A stretch of DNA of 61,593 nt, the filler included, from Anaerolineae bacterium (GTDB lineage Bacteria > Chloroflexota > Anaerolineae > Epilineales > Epilineaceae), in the NCBI GenBank assembly GCA_029262755.1. It is 5 parts of 5 records of this genome, joined end to end, with 100 filler letters (N's around TTAATTAATTAA, not from the genome) between each part and the next. Parts side by side here need not be neighbours in the genome. Positions count along the whole stretch, not along the records: positions 20,507 to 47,543 come from JAJCYU010000147.1; positions 47,644 to 58,517 come from JAJCYU010000150.1; 3 more parts are not named here. One strand, written 5' to 3'. Shown piece after piece: positions 40,210 to 48,674 of this stretch. The translations under genes and the position numbers were made by a program. Under the pieces are notes generated by a model. That model did no database searches and was not told where the DNA came from. It was given only the letters and a program-made list of their open reading frames with translations. Position 1 is the stretch's first letter. Each line of letters starts with the position of its first letter.

Positions 40210-41504
40210 GACGTTGGCCCTCCGGCATCGTGCGCGGGAGCGTCCGCAGCGGGATCGTGGTCGCTCTCCTCGTCGGCACGGTCCTCGGCCAAAGCCAGGC
40301 GCGCTTGGTCAAGGCTGATATGGGAGCGCCACAGGTACCAGCCGCCGAGGATCGTGATCGGTAGCCACAGCGCCACGTGCAAGACCAGCGTGTAGGCGGC
40401 CGCAACCGAACGCTGCACGCCGGCTGCAACCAACACGGCGATGCCGGGGGCATCGAAGGTGCCGACGTGCCCAGGGCCGGCCGGGATGGACGTGGCGAGA
40501 TTGACGACGCCGTTCATCAACATCAACGTGAAGAAGCTCACCTGTAGATCGGGAAACGCCTGCATGACAAACCAGTACTTCACGGTTTCCGCGAGCCAAA
40601 CCACGACGCTGGTGGCGAAGATCTGCACTACGTCCCGCGCCCGAGCCAGGCTGTCGAGGCCGTGCATGAATCGGTCGACCACCTCGAGCAACCGCTTGCG
40701 CAAGGCCGCCCGGTCGGCTCCCACGGGCCGCGGCGCGCGAGAAGCGAGCCAGAGGCGGGCCGCGAAGTCGGCCGGTGGCGTCGCGAGGCGGCGTACGAAG
40801 TGCGGGCGCGGCGCGATGAGAAGGAAGGCAACGAGCGCGAGGCCGAAGAGCACGGTGAACCCAACTATCCACGGTTGATATCGGGCCAGGCCCTCTGCGT
40901 CCAACGTGACCAGGGGCAGCGCGAAGAAGACAAATGCGAGCATCGTGAGGCCGTCGAACAGCCGCGCTATGGCCCCGGTGGCCAAGCTGGCGCTCATCCG
41001 CACACCGTGCTCTCGCTTCAGCACGTAGCTGCGCAGTACTTCACCGGCCCGAAGCGGGTAGACGTTGTTGCCGAAGTAGCCGATGCACACGATGCGGAAC
41101 AATTTCCCCATCGGAACATCGGCAAGGTGACGGATCATGGAGTGCCAGCGCCACGTACGCGCCCAAACGCCGACAAAGTAGGCGAGCACGCCGGGGATCA
41201 GCCAGCCGAACCGTGCTTCGCGCAACGCGTCCGCAAAGGCGGCGAGCTCCAATCCGGACAACGCCCACCAAAGAAAGAGGACGCTGACGGCGACGCCGAG
41301 GAGACGGCGCCAGCGCCTGGGACCGCCACGCGCAGCGGCGTCCGGCGCAGTCGGCGATGCAGTCGGCGGTGCGAGCGGTTCCTTGGCGGGAAACGGCCTC
41401 GACTTTGTGATTTGGTGGTCGGTCGACAGCCTACCGGGGGGCCCGCCGGCCGCCGGTCGACTGCACGAGCATGGGAATGGGCGCGCGGATGCGTTCGGGC
41501 TCAA
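40206..41504 (-). CDS. Flippase-like membrane protein (lysylphosphatidylglycerol synthase TM / UPF0104)
   Basis: RTWRW, GYFGNNVYPLRAGEVLR, RLFD, PAGPGHVGTFD. Start uncertain: TTG 41504 is the only canonical start before TM1. Confidence 0.88.
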   Translation of the reverse strand: MSPNASARPFPCSCSRPAAGGPPGRLSTDHQITKSRPFPAKEPLAPPTASPTAPDAAARGGPRRWRRLLGVAVSVLFLWWALSGLELAAFADALREARFGWLIPGVLAYFVGVWARTWRWHSMIRHLADVPMGKLFRIVCIGYFGNNVYPLRAGEVLRSYVLKREHGVRMSASLATGAIARLFDGLTMLAFVFFALPLVTLDAEGLARYQPWIVGFTVLFGLALVAFLLIAPRPHFVRRLATPPADFAARLWLASRAPRPVGADRAALRKRLLEVVDRFMHGLDSLARARDVVQIFATSVVVWLAETVKYWFVMQAFPDLQVSFFTLMLMNGVVNLATSIPAGPGHVGTFDAPGIAVLVAAGVQRSVAAAYTLVLHVALWLPITILGGWYLWRSHISLDQARLALAEDRADEESDHDPAADAPAHDAGGPTS

Positions 41505-41661
41505 CCGATGACGGTCTCACCCATGGGGCCGGAGCAACAAGCGACGTTCCGGCCCGCTGCTCCTCCGCGATTCAACCCTGCTTGCTGATTCCGGGCGACC
41601 CGCGGACGAGACTGACGTCGCCAGGATACCCGCATTGTTCGTACGTGCTGGTGGAGAGCCC

Positions 41662-41955
41662 TTAGGCCTGCGCGGTAGCGGGGACGGCTTCCCCGCTGCT
41701 CTCCGCGATGGCCAACTCGCCTAGGCGGACCATCTCGCCTAGAACGCGCTCCATCGTCATGGTGTGACCGCAGTAGTTGTTGTGCTCGTAGCCTTCGCAG
41801 TCACAGGTCCACAGACCTTCGTCATAGGACACGGTGTGGCTCCGGTGATCCCCTTCGACGGAGACGTCGAAACGCTTGAACACGATGCGGTCATCGCTTT
41901 CCTGGGCGTAGCGCATCGACTTCTCGACGTCGGCGATGTGGGTGCTCGGAAGCAT
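41662..41955 (-). CDS. Small SWIM-type zinc finger protein
   Basis: CDC-x8-CGH; AGGAG RBS before ATG 41955. Confidence 0.82.
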   Translation of the reverse strand: MLPSTHIADVEKSMRYAQESDDRIVFKRFDVSVEGDHRSHTVSYDEGLWTCDCEGYEHNNYCGHTMTMERVLGEMVRLGELAIAESSGEAVPATAQA

Positions 41956-42043
41956 GTGTGGCCTTCTCCTGGCAGCGGGAGCCACGTGGCTCCAGAATGA
42001 GGACGTCAGCCGTCGCAGACGCCCGGGTGCCGCAGGGGGTCAA

Positions 42044-42074
42044 CAAGAAAGCGCACTCCGCCACGGAGTGCGCT
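42044..42074 (-). terminator. Terminator-like hairpin in the leader of the SWIM gene
   Basis: AGCGCACTCCG-TGG-CGGAGTGCGCT followed by TTCTTGTT on the minus strand. Confidence 0.6.
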
Positions 42075-42112
42075 GTCGACCTGAAGAATCGTTCGCCGGG
42101 TCATATGATGGC

Positions 42113-42140
42113 AGTATAGTCCCGGGCCGATAGCTGTCAA
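42113..42140 (-). promoter_or_regulatory. Near-consensus sigma70 promoter
   Basis: TTGACA-N16-TATACT. Confidence 0.75.
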
Positions 42141-42337
42141 GCACCTCGCCTTCGGCATCTCGACGGTCTTTGGATTGACCGTATCTTTTCCGCAAGGCCG
42201 CACGTTAATGGTCAATGATTGCGAACACGCCCTTCGTGTCCGTCGCCGGGAACTGCCCCGTGCGCAGCATCCGGCGGGCGCGGATGAGCAGCATTCGATG
42301 TCCATTCGGCTACGAAGATCAAGGAGTTTCATCATCA

Positions 42338-42738
42338 TGCGACGTTTCGTTCTGTTGGGTATTGCCCTTTTGACGCTGGCCGCCTTGGGCGCCGGCACGG
42401 TGAGCGCCCAGGAGCAGGGCCCGATCGTGCGCGAGGTTATCCCCGTGCCGATCGATCGCGGTTTCTGCTATGACAACCTCGCCCAGTTTGACCTGGACGG
42501 CAACGGCTATGTCGGCAAGTCCGACCTCGCCTACTGGTTCAACCAGGCCATCCTGCGTGGTTGCGAGTTCGGCGAGCCGGCCACCGGCAGCTGCGCGGTG
42601 CTCGACATCAACAACGACGGCATTCTGGACTTCAACGACGCGCAGCACTTCGCTGACCACTACACCTTGTGTATCGGTCGGACGAATGCTCCCGCGGACA
42701 TTCCGGTCCGCCCGGGCTCGAACGACCCCCGCCCGTAG
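42338..42738 (+). CDS. Small secreted dockerin/EF-hand-like calcium-binding protein
   Basis: AAGGAG RBS, signal peptide MRRFVLLGIALLTLAALGAGTVSA-Q, loops DLDGNGYVGKSD and DINNDGILDFND, four Cys. Confidence 0.8.
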
Positions 42739-42793
42739 TTTCGGGGGACGTACGTAGCTAGCACCGCTGTAGATAGCACCACTGTGAATTGTG

Positions 42794-42838
42794 AGACCGG
42801 CGGCCCTTCGGGGTCGCCGGTCTTCTTTTTCTTTGTTT
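42794..42838 (+). terminator. Intrinsic terminator
   Basis: AGACCGGCGGCCC-TTCG-GGGTCGCCGGTCT followed by a T-rich tract. Confidence 0.9.
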
Positions 42839-42865
42839 GACGAGCCCTAGGCGCGTGTCGCCGGG

Positions 42866-44020
42866 CTAGGCCCGGCTCGCCAAGCGCGCTTTGAGCGCGA
42901 TGAGCGAAGGGATCGGCGTTGGGTCGACCGCGTGAGCCCGCGCCAGGTGCACGCTCAACAGATCGCCGTACTGCACCAGCCACAGGGCCTCTGCGAGCAG
43001 GCCGCCTGCGGCAACGTCTTCCGGCGCCGCGATCGTGGCATGCGCCCACGCCGCCTGGTCGAGGAGTTCCGCGGTGAGCCCCATGCGGCGAACGATACGC
43101 GGGTGGGTGGACGGCCCGGTCAGGAACACCGTCCGCGCGATATCGGCAATGGCCGTCGGCCGTCCATAGCCGACTACGCTGTTGTGGTTGAGCTCCGGCA
43201 AACAATCCCACACAGCGCTCTGCTTCGCGTTCTCGTTGAGCTGGGCCTTCCAGCGGCGCCCGACGGATGAGAGCGCTTCCGGTGTGATGATCTGAACGAG
43301 CTGATCACGCAGCCAGCGAGCGAGCTCGGTAGGCAGCGGAGCGTGCAACGGCGGAACAGCCGTCGCGCCCGTGTCCGCCCGATTGTCCGATTCCGAACGG
43401 TGATGCGCATTGGTCTCGGTCGCGGCCTCCGCTTCCGGATCCTCGAGGGCGTCTGCTGTAGCAAGCGCACGCATGGCGGTCGTCGCCAAGGCGAGGCGCC
43501 CGCCGATGCCGCCCGCCAAGCCGGCCGCTGAGAGCACGGCGAGCACGCCGGCCAGTGATTGGCCGAATGCAGCCCGCGGAGCGCCCCCCGGAATGAGGCG
43601 AACGACCGGCGCCTCGGACGCGCGTGCTCGTTCGGCCAATGCCCCGCCCGTGGTGAGCGCCACACGGTCGGCGCCTCGCCTTCCGGCTTCCGCCCAGGCG
43701 GCGAGGGTCTCCTCCGTGTTTCCGGAGAAACTCGACGCGATGAAGAGGCTATCCGGGCCCACCCACGAAGGGAGGCGGTAGTCGCGTACGACCACGACGG
43801 GTGCGGGCAACGCATCCGCCAGGCCGGCGGCCGCGATATCACCGCCGATCGCCGAGCCGCCCATGCCCGCGATCACGACCGAACGTGGCGTGCTGAACTC
43901 CGGTGGCAGCCGGAGATCGCGGTAGCGTGCCCAAGCATCGGCCAGCTGGTCGGGGAGCCCGTGCACGGCGCCGAGCATGTCTTCCTCGTCCCAGGGCAGT
44001 GGTGTCATAGCACGTGTCAT
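42866..44020 (-). CDS. Bifunctional phosphoglucose/phosphomannose isomerase (SIS family)
   Basis: GMGGSAIGG, SSFSGNTEET, RWKAQLNENAK, PELNHN. Confidence 0.93.
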   Translation of the reverse strand: MTRAMTPLPWDEEDMLGAVHGLPDQLADAWARYRDLRLPPEFSTPRSVVIAGMGGSAIGGDIAAAGLADALPAPVVVVRDYRLPSWVGPDSLFIASSFSGNTEETLAAWAEAGRRGADRVALTTGGALAERARASEAPVVRLIPGGAPRAAFGQSLAGVLAVLSAAGLAGGIGGRLALATTAMRALATADALEDPEAEAATETNAHHRSESDNRADTGATAVPPLHAPLPTELARWLRDQLVQIITPEALSSVGRRWKAQLNENAKQSAVWDCLPELNHNSVVGYGRPTAIADIARTVFLTGPSTHPRIVRRMGLTAELLDQAAWAHATIAAPEDVAAGGLLAEALWLVQYGDLLSVHLARAHAVDPTPIPSLIALKARLASRA

Positions 44021-44994
44021 TACGTTGGATCCTCGGTGGGGGCCTTCGTCGCGCGATCGTCGTCGATAGCCGTCTCGGCCGTCGATCCAGCGTCCAAGGA
44101 CGGTTCGCGGTGAACATCGTCGACCGCTGCGGCTGGGCCGCTATATATATCGTCTCGATTCGTATCCGCGGGCGGTTGCTCATGCCAGGCACGGTACAGG
44201 TCGCGAGCCGGCCAGCCCGACTCGTCCGCCAGCGAGCGTGACGCCTCGCGCGCACCGACGCCCGCGGCGCGCAAGTCATCGAGTGCCGCACGAACGGCAT
44301 CGCGCGACCAAGGCTCACGCTCCGCCGGTTCAAGGGCGCCGATCACGAGCGTAAACTCGCCGCGCGGCGCCTCTTCCCGCCAATGCTCGCAGGCCTCAGA
44401 CAACGATCCGCGCCAAACCGATTCGTAGCGCTTGGTGAGCTCCCGCGCCACCGCGATCGGTCGATCGCCGAGCTCTGCGTGGAGGTCATCCAATGCGGCA
44501 CGCAAGCGGTGCGGTGTCTCAAACGCGACGAGCGTCATCGGAAGCGCGGACGCGGCGCGCAGCGAAGCGCGGCGCTCTTTCGCCTTGCGGGGCAGGAAGC
44601 CGAGAAACGCATAGGGCGCTCCGGACAGTCCAGAAACGGAGAGCGCGGCGGCAACCGCGGAAGGACCGGCGATCGCAACGACCGTGTGGCCACGTGCGGC
44701 GGCGGTCGCCACGAGCTCTGCACCGGGATCGCTGACACCCGGTGTACCGGCATCGCTGACCAACGCGAGGTCTTCCGCGTCGAGGCGGTCTAGCAGGCGC
44801 AGTCGGCGTGCCGGTGCGGTGTGCGCATGGTAGCTGGCCATGGGTGTGGGTATGCCGAACCGCGCGGTCAACGTGCGGGTTACGCGCGTATCTTCGGCCA
44901 GGATCAACCCAACCTCGTTCATCACGCGCACGGCGCGCGGCGAAAGGTCCTCGAGGTTGCCGATCGGAGTTCCGATCACGTAGAGGGTGCCGAT
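44020..44994 (-). CDS. rsmI: 16S rRNA (cytidine1402-2'-O)-methyltransferase
   Basis: GTLYVIGTPIGNLED, AEDTR, VSDAGTPGVSDPG, ARELTK. First canonical start is GTG 44979, but the conserved N-terminus begins at ATC 44994. Confidence 0.93.
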   Translation of the reverse strand: MGTLYVIGTPIGNLEDLSPRAVRVMNEVGLILAEDTRVTRTLTARFGIPTPMASYHAHTAPARRLRLLDRLDAEDLALVSDAGTPGVSDPGAELVATAAARGHTVVAIAGPSAVAAALSVSGLSGAPYAFLGFLPRKAKERRASLRAASALPMTLVAFETPHRLRAALDDLHAELGDRPIAVARELTKRYESVWRGSLSEACEHWREEAPRGEFTLVIGALEPAEREPWSRDAVRAALDDLRAAGVGAREASRSLADESGWPARDLYRAWHEQPPADTNRDDIYSGPAAAVDDVHREPSLDAGSTAETAIDDDRATKAPTEDPT

Positions 44995-45088
44995 GGGAGG
45001 GTCCTAGCATGCGTTGGGCGGTTAGGGCGCGCCCTTAGGGTCAGATGCGGAGAGGCGTCGTGTAGCTTCGGCGAGGGTCGACCCCGGT

Positions 45089-46027
45089 CTAGGACGACGT
45101 TCGGTTGCCTGGATGCTCGCCGGAGTCCGGGTCCATATGGCCTGGTGCCGCGCCGACGGCCACCGGTCGAGCGGGATCCGTGATCCACTCCGACCACGAG
45201 CCGGCATAAAGCCGTGCCAGGGGCAGGCCCGCATGGACCATGGCCAAGAGGTTGTGCGCGGCCGTGACGCCGGAGCCGCAGTACACGATGAGGTCTTCCG
45301 CGGAGGTGCCTTCCAGCGTGCTACGGAATCGGGCCTCGAGCTGCGCAGGGGGCAATACATATCCGTCCGACCCTAGATTGCCCGCGAAGGGGAGGTTGCC
45401 GGCACCGGGAATGTGGCCCGCGACCGGGTCGATCGATTCGTTCTCACCGCGGTACCGGTCCGCGCCGCGTGCGTCGAGCACGCGGCCGCCCGCTTGTAGA
45501 GCGGCCATGACTGCGTCGGCGTCGACGATCCGGTCGACGAGCGGACGTGGCGTGAAGATGCGCGAAGCGCGCTGCTCCTCTCCCGAAGACGTGCGGCCGC
45601 CCGCGGTGGTCCACGCCTGCCAACCACCGTCTAAGACGGCGACCGCCTCATGACCGAGTTGACGAAGCTGCCACCATAGGCGCGCCGCGAACGCTCCGCC
45701 GACGTCGTCATAGGCAACGACCTGCGTGTGCTCGTCGATGCCCCATGCGCTGAGCGTCGAAGCAAGGTCCGTGACCGATGGGAGCGGATGGCGGCCCGTC
45801 TGTCCTGGGCGAATCGGACCGGACAGGTCCCGATCCAGGTGTGCATAGACCGCCCCAGGCACATGCGAGCTGCGGTAGGCCGCCCCACCAGCCTCCGGAT
45901 CACCAAGACGAAAGCGAACGTCGACGATTGCCCAATCCGGATTGTCGAGCCCGGATTGCAGGGCCTCCACGTCCAAGAACGAACTGTATGGCTGGGAAGG
46001 GCGGGAATCGCTTGGCATAGGGGCCAT
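45089..46027 (-). CDS. Two-domain rhodanese / 3-mercaptopyruvate sulfurtransferase (SseA-like)
   Basis: HVPGA, GRHPLP, LDGGWQAW, GHIPGA, YCGSGVTA, LYAGSWSEW. Confidence 0.93.
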   Translation of the reverse strand: MAPMPSDSRPSQPYSSFLDVEALQSGLDNPDWAIVDVRFRLGDPEAGGAAYRSSHVPGAVYAHLDRDLSGPIRPGQTGRHPLPSVTDLASTLSAWGIDEHTQVVAYDDVGGAFAARLWWQLRQLGHEAVAVLDGGWQAWTTAGGRTSSGEEQRASRIFTPRPLVDRIVDADAVMAALQAGGRVLDARGADRYRGENESIDPVAGHIPGAGNLPFAGNLGSDGYVLPPAQLEARFRSTLEGTSAEDLIVYCGSGVTAAHNLLAMVHAGLPLARLYAGSWSEWITDPARPVAVGAAPGHMDPDSGEHPGNRTSS

Positions 46028-46052
46028 CCTCTGCACGGATACGACATACTTA

Positions 46053-46211
46053 AGGTTCGTCCGCTAACAAGGTCGCCAACCGAGGGCGTTGCTGCGCCTC
46101 TGTACTGGTTCGCTGTGACGAAGGAATAGCAGCGCTATTGCTGAGGAATAGCGGGGCGGCACAGCGGATGCAGCGACGGCCGAATTGGTGAGATTGTTAG
46201 CGGACGAGACA
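46053..46211. mobile_element. 159-bp MITE-like palindromic element, copy B
   Basis: TIR core TCGTCCGCTAACAA / TTGTTAGCGGACGA, TTA on both flanks; same length as and colinear with copy A. Confidence 0.85.
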
Positions 46212-46575
46212 TTACGGTCCTGCGGGCAACCCGCCCGCTCGGAGGCGCATTGTAGCCTCGCCGTGCCCCAAACGCGCGTTGTGTGGGCCGAATCTCCAAC
46301 CGACCGGACCGATTCACACGCCGCGAGATCCGTGCATTTCCGGCCAAAATGCCGATTGGACGGAGATTAATCCACCAATCTCCCAAGATTCATGATCGAG
46401 GCCGTATCTTCTTAGATCCGTCTCACGTTCTATAGACTCGATGGGGTGCATGCCCAGCCGCTGTGTGCCGTGCTACACAGCCCTGGCATGGGATCACGGG
46501 ACGAGCACTCCACCAGCGTTCTGGGCAGCAGCCCAATTTTTTGAATCTTCCGGAACTCAGGGAGGAAGGAAGAAC

Positions 46576-47543
46576 ATGATTCAGCGCACGATGCGCACTA
46601 TTCGGTTGACGTTCTTTACCGCGGCCGTCGTTTTCGGTCTCGCGGTGATGACCGCCAACACCGCCGCAGCACAGTTCATCGGTGCATCAGGCGACGGTAT
46701 CGCCTGTGGCCCCGGTGACATCGAGACCTTCGCCTACGACACCGGCGCCAACTTTGCCAACTTCACGCAGAACGCAACCTGCACAGGCACATTGTGGTCG
46801 GTGAGCTACGAGGCATTCGAGCTGGAGATCAATTCGGCCGTGCCGGGCCCGCACACCGTAATCGCGGAGAATTGCGGTTCCGGCGGTGAGGATTCGGTGA
46901 TTCAGGCCAACCAGGACCGTACGTCCTCGCCGTCTCCGGCGGGTGGCTTCAACCCGGCCGACACCTGCCAGAATTTCGTCGGCTTTAACGACGATTCCTG
47001 CGGTGCGGAGTCGAGCCTGACGATCAACGACATGGACGACGGTTTCTACACCATCGTGGTCAGCCCTTGGTGGGCGACCGGTTTGACCAACATTGATGGC
47101 GAGCTTTTGGTCGAGGTACCGACCTGCGTCAACAATGCACCCTTCGTCGAAGAGATCCCGGTTGCCTTCGAGGATCCGATTGAGTTGCCCTGTATCACGG
47201 GCGAGGCGATCATCAGCGCGACCGTGTGTAACACGGGCGTGCAGCCGATCACCGACATTCCGGGTCAGCCGGAGTACAGCGTCAACATGTCCTCGACCAC
47301 CGGTGCGCCGGTCGTCATTCGCTCCGTCACGTCTGGTGTCGGCCCGGGTCAGATTCCCGGCGCCGCTCCCCTCGGTGGCAGCGCCAGCGCGGACCTGAGC
47401 ATCGCGCCGGGTGCATGTGACGTCATCGAGCACGTCGTCTTCTTCCCGACCGGTGTCGGCAACGTCGGCGGCTTGATCGTCGAGCGCACCGTGTGGGCCG
47501 ATGGCGCGCTCACCGGCGAGCCGAACGGCGTCGTGGACCAGGG
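46576..47543 (+). CDS. Secreted acidic Cys-containing protein, 3' truncated by spacer
   Basis: GGAGGAAGGA RBS, signal peptide ending AAAQ, FNPADTCQNFVGFNDD motif, beta-rich composition. Confidence 0.8.
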
Positions 47544-47643
47544 NNNNNNNNNNNNNNNNNNNNNNNNNNNNNNNNNNNNNNNNNNNNTTAATTAATTAAN
47601 NNNNNNNNNNNNNNNNNNNNNNNNNNNNNNNNNNNNNNNNNNN
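47544..47643. other. Artificial contig-join spacer
   Basis: N44-TTAATTAATTAA-N44. Confidence 0.98.
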
Positions 47644-47828
47644 CCTCACCCGCCACTAGTAGTCCAATCAGCCTGAATCTACGGGTTCGGCAGCCCTGTT
47701 CGATCGCTCGGAAGCGAAGCAGCGCTGCGCCCGGCACTGGCACGCGCGCCCATCGCAGCCGGCTCGTGCCGCGGGCGCCTGCAGCCGGCACGGTGTTGGG
47801 GACACGACCTAGCAGCGCAACGGCAGGG

Positions 47829-48671
47829 CTACAGGTTCTCCGCGAGGAACGTTAGGGCCTCGCGCCAGGCCCGCCCGCCCGTGGTCTCCGGGTCGTCGAA
47901 ATTCTCTTCGGTGACGAAGGCGTGGCCGACACCCTCGTAGATCGTGATCTGGTTCTCGATGGACATCGAGTTGAGCGCCGCTTCAAACTCAAGGACATCC
48001 TCGGGAAAGATCGTCTGGTCGTCCTCCGCGAAGACGCCGAGCACAGGTTGTGCATCCACAAGGGGCGCGAGCAGTGCCGGGTCCGTCACGACGGCGCCGT
48101 AGTAGAGGGCCGTGACCGCAAGGTGCTCCGAGCGGCGGAGGCCAAGCTGCAAGGAATGGCCGCCGCCGAAGCAGAAGCCCATAGAGGCGATCCGATCCGA
48201 CTGCACCTCTTCCAAGGCGCGCAACCAGTCCAGCGCGGCGTCTAGATCGGCCTGCGATTGCCCGTCTGGAATCGTCAGGCGCAGCCAAAGCGCGCGTGCC
48301 ACCCTTTCGGTGAGCTTGCCCCGATAGGCATCCGCGGCCAGCACCACGTAGCCTTCGGCCGCCAGCGCATCGGCGAGAGTCACGATTCCTTCGTTGAGCC
48401 CCCACCATTCGTGAATGAGCAACACGGCTGGGTGCGGCCCGAGCGGATCGCCGGGTGGGAAGGCGAGGTAGCCACGCAGGGAGATTTCCCCCGGCCCCTC
48501 ATACGCCACATTCGCCAGAGGTGCGGAGCCCTCGCTCGTCGCCGCGTCCCAGGCCACGATTCCAACGAGGAGTACCACCAGACCGAGCGCCGCCGCAGCC
48601 AAACCGCGTAGGATTCGCTTCCACCATGGTCGCCGCGTCGTGCTCGAAGCGCCGTGCTCGACATCGTTCAT
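47829..48671 (-). CDS. Dienelactone hydrolase family protein with N-terminal TM anchor
   Basis: IHEWWGLN, GFCFGG nucleophile motif, GVGHAF. Confidence 0.92.
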   Translation of the reverse strand: MNDVEHGASSTTRRPWWKRILRGLAAAALGLVVLLVGIVAWDAATSEGSAPLANVAYEGPGEISLRGYLAFPPGDPLGPHPAVLLIHEWWGLNEGIVTLADALAAEGYVVLAADAYRGKLTERVARALWLRLTIPDGQSQADLDAALDWLRALEEVQSDRIASMGFCFGGGHSLQLGLRRSEHLAVTALYYGAVVTDPALLAPLVDAQPVLGVFAEDDQTIFPEDVLEFEAALNSMSIENQITIYEGVGHAFVTEENFDDPETTGGRAWREALTFLAENL

Positions 48672-48674
48672 CGT

